Source: Planctomycetota bacterium
GTDB lineage: Bacteria > Planctomycetota > SZUA-567 > H5-PLA8
Assembly (NCBI GenBank): GCA_045863855.1
Contig: BTVV01000068.1
Span: 1-32,065 of the forward strand
DNA: 32,065 nucleotides
Direction of reading: 5' to 3'
Shown here: piece after piece, positions 17,947 through 25,784 of the stretch
Layout of the letters: each line of letters begins with the position of its first letter
Numbering within the stretch: position 1 is the first letter of the stretch
Translations under genes and position numbers: made by a program
Notes under the pieces: model-generated
The model's database searches: none
Told to the model about the DNA's origin: nothing
What the model saw: only the letters and a program-made list of their open reading frames with translations

Positions 17947-18762
17947 TCACTTCCCGTGCGTCGCCCGCGCCAGCGCCTCGACCTGCGCGCCGACTTCTGC
18001 AACCACCGCTTCGCGCGATTGTCCGGACGCGTGCAGCTCCGCCGCCAGCTTCACCAACGCGCTGCCCACGATCACGCCGTCGGCCAGCTTGCTCACCGCC
18101 GCGGCCTGAGCGGACTTGCCGATGCCGAAGCCGACGCAGACGGGCGTCTTCGTGCGGCTCTTTAAGTCCTTCACGTTGGCTTCCAGATCCGGCGGCAGCG
18201 CGTCGCGCGCGCCGGTGATCCCGGCCACAGAAATGTAGTAGATGAACCCGCCGCTCTTCGCGCAGATCTGCGCGCGGCGCTCCGGCGTCGTCGTCGGCGC
18301 GCAGAGAAAAATATGCTCCAGCCCGTGCGCGTGCGCCTGAACCGTGGCGTCGCCTTCGTAGCCCGCGGGCAGGTCGGGCACGATCATCCCGTCGTACCCG
18401 GCTTCGCGCGCCGAGCGAAAAAAGCTTCCCGTGCCGCGCTTGAAGACCAGCGAATGGCTGACCATGCAGACCAGCGGAATCGTCACGCCGTTCGCGCGCA
18501 GCTTCTTGGCCAGTTCGAAAACCTGCGCGACCTTGAAGCCCCGGTCCAGCGCGCGGTAGTAGCTGGCCTGAATCGTCGGACCGTCCGCGATCGGATCGCT
18601 GAACGGAACGCCCAGCTCGATCAAGTCCGCGCCGCGGCGCGCCGCTTCCGTCACCAGCGCCGCCGTCGTCTCCACGTCCGGATCGCCGATCGTGAAGAAG
18701 GGCATGAACGCGGCGGACTTCAAAGCGGCGAACGTCGAGGCGATGCGGGACTGGGCACTCAC
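17947..18762 (-). CDS. trpA: Tryptophan synthase alpha subunit
   Basis: 'AFMPFFTIGDP', 'IELGVPFSDPIADGPTIQ', 'GFIYYISVAGITG', 'VGFGI', 'ADGVIVGSA'. GTG start with AAGGA upstream. Confidence 0.96.
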   Translation of the reverse strand: MSAQSRIASTFAALKSAAFMPFFTIGDPDVETTAALVTEAARRGADLIELGVPFSDPIADGPTIQASYYRALDRGFKVAQVFELAKKLRANGVTIPLVCMVSHSLVFKRGTGSFFRSAREAGYDGMIVPDLPAGYEGDATVQAHAHGLEHIFLCAPTTTPERRAQICAKSGGFIYYISVAGITGARDALPPDLEANVKDLKSRTKTPVCVGFGIGKSAQAAAVSKLADGVIVGSALVKLAAELHASGQSREAVVAEVGAQVEALARATHGK

Positions 18763-18837
18763 GGGGCGGATTCCTTGGGGCGCCAAAGCGGAGGATTGTA
18801 TACCGCGCTCCGGCAAGCGCCACTGAACCCCCGCGGC

Positions 18838-19737
18838 TCAGGCTCCCGCCGCCGGCGCGGCGGCCTGCGCCTTCGAGCAGCGCGCGTGATACTCGTCGAT
18901 CGCCGTCAGCCCGTATTCGCGCATCAGGTCTTCGGTCGAACGCTCCGGATCGTACGAGGCCAGCGTGAACCAGTCCTCCTCGTGGAACCACTTCACCTCC
19001 ACGCGGTCGCCGTACTTCGCGGCCAGTTCGCGCAGCTTGGGAAGCTGGTAGTCGGTCTCGAAGAGCCGCTTGCCCAGGTTCAGCGTCGTCTGCACCCACG
19101 GCCGGTAGATGCCCGAACGATCCAGTTCGTCGCCGGTGATGTCGTACGCGCGGCAGAGCCGGCTGCGCGTGCTGGAAACGACGTAGAACCGGTTGCGCAG
19201 CGCCAACGCGCTCAGGATCCGGTTCGCCGAATAGGCCGAGGAGAAAAAGACGAGCTGCGCGCCCTGCGCTTTCAGGCTCGACCAATCCTCCCACCAGTTC
19301 ACGTCGAAGCAGATACGTACGCCGATGGTCCCGAAATCGGTCCGGAAAACGCCGCCTTCCGGCGCGCCTGGACGGATGCCGCGCTCGAGTTCCGTCTCGG
19401 TCGGATGAATCTTGCGGTAACGCCCGGCGAGCTTCCCGTCGCGGTCGAAAAGCAGCGCGGTGTTGTAGAGCGCGCCGTTTTCGCGCGCGATCAGCGGCAG
19501 AATCAGCCAGCAGCGGTGTTCGCGCGCCCAAGCGGCGAACGGTTCCGTCGCCGACCCCGGCACGTCCTGCGCCTCGCGCCCCGGCGTATTCTCCGGCAGG
19601 CAGACGATGTCCGGCTTGTACGAAGCGGCCTGATCCAGCCGCCCCAGAAAGGCCGCCACGGCCTGCTCGCGCGTATCCGCTTCCAGTCCTTCTTTGGAAA
19701 TCGATACGACGCGCACGGTCCGGTCCGCTGTGCTCAT
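18838..19737 (-). CDS. Carbon-nitrogen hydrolase (nitrilase superfamily) protein
   Basis: E-K-C triad motifs 'VCLPE', 'YRKIH', 'ICFDVNW'. AAGGAG RBS. Confidence 0.9.
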   Translation of the reverse strand: MSTADRTVRVVSISKEGLEADTREQAVAAFLGRLDQAASYKPDIVCLPENTPGREAQDVPGSATEPFAAWAREHRCWLILPLIARENGALYNTALLFDRDGKLAGRYRKIHPTETELERGIRPGAPEGGVFRTDFGTIGVRICFDVNWWEDWSSLKAQGAQLVFFSSAYSANRILSALALRNRFYVVSSTRSRLCRAYDITGDELDRSGIYRPWVQTTLNLGKRLFETDYQLPKLRELAAKYGDRVEVKWFHEEDWFTLASYDPERSTEDLMREYGLTAIDEYHARCSKAQAAAPAAGA

Positions 19738-19749
19738 GACCGCGACTCC

Positions 19750-20436
19750 TTAAACCAAGTGGGCAAGATGCTTCTGGCAGTTCACCGCGCCCAACCGCGC
19801 GGGTCGGGCATAACCGAACAGGTCAAGCTGCGAGACCCCGCACAGATCGTGCCCGCCGGGACAGTCTTCCAATCCCGCCAGATGCGCCACGGCCGCGTCC
19901 GTGCTCGCCCCGTGGCCCACCAGCACCACGCCGCGCACGCCTTCGGCCCGCCAGCGCGGCAGCAGGCGGTCCAGCGTGGCCGCCACCCGCGCGCGGCAAC
20001 GCTCGCGCGTCTCGGGCTCGGCCGGCCACCACGAGCCCAGCAGCGCCTCGGGGTTCTCCAGCCGGTCGAAAACAAGCCCCGCCTCCTGCGGCGTTAAGCC
20101 CCGAAACGCCGCGTGCATCGGCGGCAGGCAGATCTCCATCATGCCTGGCTCCACCGCAAAGCGCGTCTCCAGCGCTTCGGCGATCAGTTGCGCCGTCTCG
20201 GACGTGCGCCACAACGGAGAAGCCACGATACGCAGCGGATAGTCCAGCGCTTCACCGGCCAGCCGCCGGCCCACGGCCTCGGCCATGCGCCGACCCACCG
20301 GCAGCAGGCGCGGGTCTTCCCGAACCCAGCGCGGATCGGGAATCTTCCGCTCGCCCGGCCGGCCCACCTTGCCGTGCCGGACCACGTAGACCCGCAACGC
20401 GGCGGCGACTTCGGCTCCCATACTTGCGGTGCTCAT
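19750..20436 (-). CDS. Histidine phosphatase (phosphoglycerate mutase-like) family protein
   Basis: 'VVRHG', 'ASPLWRTSETA', 'LVGHG'. Start overlaps the LacI stop (ATGA). Confidence 0.88.
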   Translation of the reverse strand: MSTASMGAEVAAALRVYVVRHGKVGRPGERKIPDPRWVREDPRLLPVGRRMAEAVGRRLAGEALDYPLRIVASPLWRTSETAQLIAEALETRFAVEPGMMEICLPPMHAAFRGLTPQEAGLVFDRLENPEALLGSWWPAEPETRERCRARVAATLDRLLPRWRAEGVRGVVLVGHGASTDAAVAHLAGLEDCPGGHDLCGVSQLDLFGYARPARLGAVNCQKHLAHLV

Positions 20437-21539
20437 GCGTGATTTCCCCCGCCGCAGGAGCGGCGCAGCGCCAGCGTCGGCGTCAGAATGGTGTGCATGG
20501 GTTGGTCGGACGGCCAGGCGCCTTCCACCAACGCCGCGAGCATCCGCGCGGCGGCTCGGCCTTTCTCGCGGAACGGATGCTTCACGCTGCTCAAATCGGG
20601 CAGACCGTACCGCGCCGGAGCGTCGTCGTCGTAGCCCAGCAACGCGATGTCCTCGGGCACGCGCAGCCCGCGCTCCCGAAACGCTTTCCAGATGCCGTGC
20701 GCGCACGCGTCCAGCGACACCAGCAACGCGCGCGGCAGCGCCGTGGGCGGCACTTGCCGCGCCCACGCATACCCCGCCTCGAACGCCGGCTTGCGGTCGG
20801 GGTTGCGGTCCTCGAAAACCCAGCGGCTTTCCAGTTCGCGCCCCTGTGCGCGCAGGCCCGCCTCGAAGCCCTCGCGAATCTCGTTGCTTTGGGGCCCGCC
20901 CGGGCTGTTGAGGTACAAGCCGATCGACGCGTAACCCAGCCGCGCGAAGTGCTCCGCCGCCAGCCGCCCGCCCGCGCGGCTGTCGAAGCCTACGTACGGA
21001 TAATCGAGCGTGCGAGCGCCCAGCGAATGCACCGCCACGCAGCGCACCCCGCGCTCGCGGAACCATTCCAGCCGCTCGCGCTCGAACGACTCCAACGCGC
21101 CGGCCGCCACCACGCAGACCACCCCGTCCACCAGGCCGCGCTCGATCAGGTCCAGCGACTTGGCCTGCCCGCGTTCCCAGCTTGCCGCGAACGTGAGCAG
21201 CGCGAACGGACTCCCCGTTTCGGCCAGTTCATCCTCCGCGCCGCGTGCGACGCCGGTGAAGACGTAATTGTCCAGCGCGAAGCCGCCCATGTGCCCCAGC
21301 AGGCCCAGGCAGTAGGTCCGGCCCGTGCGCAGCGTCCCGGCGTGCAGATTGCGGCGGTAGCCCAGCTTCGCCGCGGCATCCAGGACGCGCCGGCGCGCCT
21401 CCGCCCCGATCATGCCTTTCTTGTCGTTGAGCACCAGCGAGACGGCCGCCTGCGAAACTCCCGCTTCGCGCGCCACTTCGCTCATCGTGACCCGTTGCGG
21501 CCGCGATGCGGCGCCGGGGGTTCGAGTCGATTCGCTCAT
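20433..21539 (-). CDS. LacI family transcriptional regulator
   Basis: HTH 'VTMSEVAREAGVSQAAVSLVLN', hinge 'LGYRRN', 'GLRVPEDIALLGYDD', C-terminal 'LRRSC'. Confidence 0.95.
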   Translation of the reverse strand: MSESTRTPGAASRPQRVTMSEVAREAGVSQAAVSLVLNDKKGMIGAEARRRVLDAAAKLGYRRNLHAGTLRTGRTYCLGLLGHMGGFALDNYVFTGVARGAEDELAETGSPFALLTFAASWERGQAKSLDLIERGLVDGVVCVVAAGALESFERERLEWFRERGVRCVAVHSLGARTLDYPYVGFDSRAGGRLAAEHFARLGYASIGLYLNSPGGPQSNEIREGFEAGLRAQGRELESRWVFEDRNPDRKPAFEAGYAWARQVPPTALPRALLVSLDACAHGIWKAFRERGLRVPEDIALLGYDDDAPARYGLPDLSSVKHPFREKGRAAARMLAALVEGAWPSDQPMHTILTPTLALRRSCGGGNHA

Positions 21540-21543
21540 GCGC

Positions 21544-23274
21544 TTAGCGGTCCGCCGCCGGAGCCGCGGGCGTCGCCGGAGGTTCCGGCAGGCCCGACTC
21601 GTACGCGCCCAGATCCGGCGCCTTACCGGCGAACGCGTAGCTCACGCCTTGGCCGTCCTTCCATTTCGCCGGCTTCTCCAGCGTCAGCACGTTCTTCGCG
21701 ATATCCACCTTCGTCACGCGGTAGGTCGCCGGCTCGCCGGCCAGTTGGATCGTATCGCCGGCCAGGCCTTCGACGCCCATCCCGTCGCTGAACCAGCGCG
21801 CGTCGGCGACGCTCAGCTCCGTGCCTTCGCCCGCGCCCTTCGCGGCCGTCAGGCACGCCCCGCCGTCCACGCAGGGGCTGTCCGGCTGCGGGCGGTAATC
21901 GTGCGCTGCGGGGGCTTTCAGCTTCGGATCGGCTTCGAGGTTCTCGCGGAAAAGTTCCGGGAGGTTGGCCTGCCAGGAAGCCAACGCTTGCGGCGCCGGG
22001 TTGTTTTTGCCGTCGCGCTTGCCCGTCACGATCAGGTACGTCTGGTCTTCGGCGCCTCCGAAAACCAGATTCCGTTCGAAGACGAATCCGCCCAGCGCGC
22101 CGATGAACACCTGCACCGGCTTCCCGTCCAGTTCCTGGTACCACGCCCAGCGCTTGTCGTTGCGCTGGAAGCGGTTCTCGGTGAAGACGTTGTTCTTGAT
22201 CGCGTTGTTCTCGAAAACGTACTTCGGGTCGTCGCGCTTGCCCGAGAGACACAGCCCCGCGAAGCGGCTCTTGTGGAAGGTATTGTGCGCGACGCGGTTG
22301 CCCGTGTTGTGCCGCGCTTCGTCCGGATACATCGTCAGATCCAGCGCCGGCCCGATCGTATCGTAGAAAATATTGTGCCGGACAATCCCGTCCTGCCCCG
22401 CGTACTGGATGCCCGCGTACGGCGAGTGATCCCCGCTCGAAGGCGTGAACGCGAAGACGTTGTATTCGATCAGATTCCGCTTCGTGCAGTTCAGTTCGGT
22501 GAACTCGTGGTCGAAGCCCACCTTTTGGCAATCGTAGACCTCGCCGATCTTCTGGATCGCGTTGTGGAGGTAGTTGCAGCGGATCACGTTGTAGCAGCCG
22601 CCCTTGACCGTCCAGAGCACGTGCTTCGCCTTCAGGAAAATATTGCCCTCGACCAGATTGTGGTTCGACTTGATCAGCGCCAGATTGTCCTGCGTCGTGT
22701 CGTCGATGGTGTTCCCGACGATGCGGTTGTGATGCGCTTCCTGAAAGAAGAGCCCCGTCTTGGCGCTCCCGCCCGCATCCAGCGCCTGCCGGAAGAGATT
22801 ATCCCTCAAGATCAGGTGGTTCGACTTCACCGCATGCAGCCAGCGCCTCACCTTCACGACCTGGAGTCCCTCGATCGTAATGTAGGCCTTGCCGGAGAGT
22901 TCCACCGCCGGCGCGAGGCTCTCGCCGCTGATGATCGCCGCTTCCTTTTCATAAGCCTTGAACGTGATCGGCTTGCCCGCCGCGCCCGACTGCTTCGGCG
23001 CCAGCGCCTCCGCGTACGTGCCCCCTCGAATCAGGACCGTGGCCCCCGCTTCCGCCACCGAGCACGCGCCGGCTAAGGTCTTGAACGCGCGAGCCGATCC
23101 GCTGCCGGCTTTGCGCGAAGCCGGGTCGTATGCCGCGGTGCTGGCTTCGGCAATCTGCCCGTCCACATAGATCGTTTCGGCGTGAACCTCTAAGGAGGAT
23201 CCCCAGCCGAGCAGCACGAGGGCCAGCAGAAAGAGTGTTGTGCTGCAGCCAGAAAGAGAAAGCCCATGCATCAT
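21544..23274 (-). CDS. Secreted right-handed parallel beta-helix protein (pectate-lyase-like fold)
   Basis: Signal peptide (VHA-E), 'TIYVD...AFKTL...AGATVLIRGGTY', Asn-ladder repeats, 'SPCVDGG', 'APDLGAYE'. Start uncertain (23274, 23271 or 23307). Confidence 0.85.
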   Translation of the reverse strand: MMHGLSLSGCSTTLFLLALVLLGWGSSLEVHAETIYVDGQIAEASTAAYDPASRKAGSGSARAFKTLAGACSVAEAGATVLIRGGTYAEALAPKQSGAAGKPITFKAYEKEAAIISGESLAPAVELSGKAYITIEGLQVVKVRRWLHAVKSNHLILRDNLFRQALDAGGSAKTGLFFQEAHHNRIVGNTIDDTTQDNLALIKSNHNLVEGNIFLKAKHVLWTVKGGCYNVIRCNYLHNAIQKIGEVYDCQKVGFDHEFTELNCTKRNLIEYNVFAFTPSSGDHSPYAGIQYAGQDGIVRHNIFYDTIGPALDLTMYPDEARHNTGNRVAHNTFHKSRFAGLCLSGKRDDPKYVFENNAIKNNVFTENRFQRNDKRWAWYQELDGKPVQVFIGALGGFVFERNLVFGGAEDQTYLIVTGKRDGKNNPAPQALASWQANLPELFRENLEADPKLKAPAAHDYRPQPDSPCVDGGACLTAAKGAGEGTELSVADARWFSDGMGVEGLAGDTIQLAGEPATYRVTKVDIAKNVLTLEKPAKWKDGQGVSYAFAGKAPDLGAYESGLPEPPATPAAPAADR

Positions 23275-23313
23275 AAGATAGCCCTTTCGAATCGTCGCGT
23301 GCCCCATGCGAAC

Positions 23314-23339
23314 TAAATCGTATTACATCAATCGTATTA
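23314..23339. promoter_or_regulatory. Tandem candidate LacI-family operators
   Basis: TAAATCGTATTA (23314-23325) and TCAATCGTATTA (23328-23339): CG-centred imperfect palindromes upstream of the beta-helix/LacI operon. Confidence 0.55.
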
Positions 23340-23455
23340 GAATTACACCGCTATTTCAGCCGCAGCGGCTAAAATTCAAACTCAAACCCGAAAGTGAGTG
23401 GGAAGGCCCGACCAGAAACCACTAATATCCATGTAATCTATTCAAGATAAACAAC

Positions 23456-23698
23456 TTAAGTCTTCTCGCAAATCTCGACAAACTCATCCCGCCCGACCTC
23501 TTCCAAGGCCTTGCCGCGCTTTTTCAGCTCTTCGTTGATCTTGATCGCCTTCTCTTGCATGCGCTCGTGCGTTTCCTGACTCCCGCCCACGAGGTGAAAA
23601 TTCTTCCCGCGCGTGATCCGCGTATGCCCATCCTTATGATCGAGGCCAAGCCCCAGCAGAGTGGCTCGCGCTTTTTTCTTGGAGGATTTGGGCTTCAT
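23456..23698 (-). CDS. Small hypothetical protein ('LLGLGLD..DGH.RITRG.NF.LVGGS.ETHERM' type)
   Basis: 80 aa ORF with an upstream purine tract. The motif is recalled as conserved in PVC bacteria; this was not verified by search. Confidence 0.8.
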   Translation of the reverse strand: MKPKSSKKKARATLLGLGLDHKDGHTRITRGKNFHLVGGSQETHERMQEKAIKINEELKKRGKALEEVGRDEFVEICEKT

Positions 23699-23722
23699 GA
23701 GCTTCCCTATCGTCCATGTGGT

Positions 23723-24409
23723 TCAAGGCCGCACGCTGTCCTGTGCGGGCGGCGTCGCGTCGGTCGCAATCAGCAGCTTATCCAGCAGCGGACCGTCTTC
23801 TTTCACGGCCAGTGTAAGCGTATGTTTGCCCGCACTCAACTTAAGCTCGCGCGGATCGCCCGCTTCCCGCAGCGGATGCCAAGCCCATTTGTACGTCGCT
23901 TCGTCGATCTTGCCTTCCGTATCGTCGATCGGGTACCAGTCGCCTTCGTCCACCCGAAAGTAGACGCTGTTCCCACAGCTATCGTACCACTTCGCCCGCA
24001 GGAATACGTAGTAGGTATCATCGCGCGGCAGGTCGATCGAATAAGTCGCCTTCCCCGGCAGAGTCCCGGGATGCCCCTTGTCCTCTTCCATTCCGCACGC
24101 CTTGATCCAGCCTTCCGGGATCTCCAGATAGCCGATGGTCTCGCCCATGCTGGCTTGGCCCTTCTTCATCACCACCTGGCCGGACTTCGGCTCCTTATCT
24201 TCGATCGAATCGTAGTGCTCGCACTCCACCACGACCTTCACCGCCGACTGAACCACAATGCCGCCGCTTCCCTTAGGCTGAGGCTGCACCACAGTGGGGC
24301 CTCCCGGCGTTGCCGGAACACCGGGCGACGGAGTCTGTTTTCCTCGACCCAACACCACCACCAGGACCACGAGAGCCAAAACGATCCCTAATGCCGCTAC
24401 TCCTCGCAT
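23723..24409 (-). CDS. Membrane-anchored protein with a jelly-roll/CBM-like domain
   Basis: N-terminal TM, Pro/Gly linker, 'VVECE', 'TYYVFLRA', 'LSAGKHTLTLAVKEDG..LDKLLI'. AAGGA RBS. Confidence 0.75.
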   Translation of the reverse strand: MRGVAALGIVLALVVLVVVLGRGKQTPSPGVPATPGGPTVVQPQPKGSGGIVVQSAVKVVVECEHYDSIEDKEPKSGQVVMKKGQASMGETIGYLEIPEGWIKACGMEEDKGHPGTLPGKATYSIDLPRDDTYYVFLRAKWYDSCGNSVYFRVDEGDWYPIDDTEGKIDEATYKWAWHPLREAGDPRELKLSAGKHTLTLAVKEDGPLLDKLLIATDATPPAQDSVRP

Positions 24410-24961
24410 GGGTATTTCCTTTACCTAAAGACTCGATTCAATTCCGAGAGCGCGCCACCCGCAAGCCGCGACCTCACATCGTTAACCTACCCGTTAAACC
24501 AATACAAGCGAATATAAGTCACAACTTCTTTACACGTAAGCAGTTCAGCGATTTGTACGTACCTTATTAAGGCCAGATTTCTCCATTAAGTTCGAGGAAC
24601 CTCCAACAGGTGATGTGTTTACCTCGTTGGGTTCGAAGTACCTATCACGACGAAATCTTCCCAAGGTGCGTGCAGTTTTCACTTCCAAGGAAACGACCTA
24701 ACAGGAATCCGCACTCAAAGAAGCCGATAGCCCAATTTTTTAGCTGAATTTTTGGGTTCCGGCCAAAGATTTTTCGAGTGACAGGCCGAACTACCGAGAG
24801 GTTTGGGACGTAATTGGCGCGAAGCTTAGGGGAGATGGCAAAAAGCCATTTGACGGTAAGGCCTTCAGCGGCGAAACCTTCTCCCTTTCCGCAAGCTGAT
24901 TAGGCACAAAACGGTTGCCTGGGTAAGCCCCCAGGCCTGACAAAGGCGAAGGAGCCAAGCC

Positions 24962-25606
24962 ATGAGGGACAGGACCGCACGGGGCTTTACCCTGGTCGAA
25001 CTGCTGGTCGTGATCGCGATCATCGGGATTCTGGCCGGGTTGTTGTTGCCGGTGCTTGCTCGCGCGAAGGAACAGGCTCGCCGCGCGCAGTGCGCCAGCA
25101 ACCTTTCGCAGATCGGCAAGGCCTGCAACATGTACGCCGACGTAGGCGCGCACATGGGCCGCTTCCCGAACAACGGCGGCGATCCCATTTCTTCCATGGG
25201 ACAGCTCTACAAGGGCTATGTGCAGGACGCGCGTGTCTTCCAGTGCCCCTCGAACCCGAAGGACGTTTCCGGATTCACGGATACGACCGACGGCACGGCC
25301 AGCACGGCGACGAACGCCAATTCGGCCTTTGGCTACGACCCGCGCCACACGCAGAGCCACGGCATCGCCGGCATCGCGGCGGACTTGGGCGGCACCCCGG
25401 ACGCGACGGCCAACAACTCGGCCAACCACGGCACCAGCAATAGCGTCGGCTTGGGCGAGAACTTCCTCCAGGGCGACGGGCACGTCGAATGGCTGACCAA
25501 GGGCGAACGCGATCTGGATGCCAACGGCACGCCCGACGATACGGACATCTACGAAGACGATTCGACTATCGGAGTCGACGAAGATTCGTCCTGCAAAGAC
25601 GCCTAA
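24962..25606 (+). CDS. Prepilin-type N-terminal cleavage/methylation protein with H-X9-DG-type C-terminal motif (DUF1559-like)
   Basis: '[24 protein letters not shown]', '[14 protein letters not shown]', 'VFQCPS', 'NH...[13 protein letters not shown]'. AAGGAG RBS. Confidence 0.92.
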   Translation: MRDRTARGFTLVELLVVIAIIGILAGLLLPVLARAKEQARRAQCASNLSQIGKACNMYADVGAHMGRFPNNGGDPISSMGQLYKGYVQDARVFQCPSNPKDVSGFTDTTDGTASTATNANSAFGYDPRHTQSHGIAGIAADLGGTPDATANNSANHGTSNSVGLGENFLQGDGHVEWLTKGERDLDANGTPDDTDIYEDDSTIGVDEDSSCKDA

Positions 25607-25627
25607 GTCTCACGGCCTTCCGGCCTG

Positions 25628-25662
25628 AAAAGCCCCTCCCGAACGGGAGGGGCTTTTTTTTT
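25628..25662 (+). terminator. Rho-independent terminator after the prepilin-like gene
   Basis: AAAAGCCCCTCCC-GAAC-GGGAGGGGC followed by T9. Confidence 0.93.
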
Positions 25663-25784
25663 GTCCTTACGCGAGTTCTCGGGCAAACCGTATTGCCACC
25701 CACGGGCACTCCGTTAGGGTGCCTTCTGCTTTCGATAAACATTGCTCGTGAAGCGCACCGCGCGAAAGCCGTCCCTGGTACTGT

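Noticed and set aside
19750..21066. 438 aa version of the histidine phosphatase ORF
   Set aside because: The extension overlaps LacI out of frame. The ATG at 20436 gives a standard ATGA coupling.
23456..23698. Identification as the published PVC 'signature protein'
   Set aside because: The length and motifs differ from what I recall of that small basic protein.
24902..24918. Possible sigma54 promoter (GGCAC...TTGC)
   Set aside because: The GG to GC spacing is 12 nt rather than the required 10.
25681..25724. GGGCAAACC followed by hairpins, resembling the start of a c-di-GMP-I riboswitch (similar GGCAAA...GACG at 24837-24855)
   Set aside because: No GNRA-capped P2, no GACGCAAAGC junction and no tetraloop receptor.
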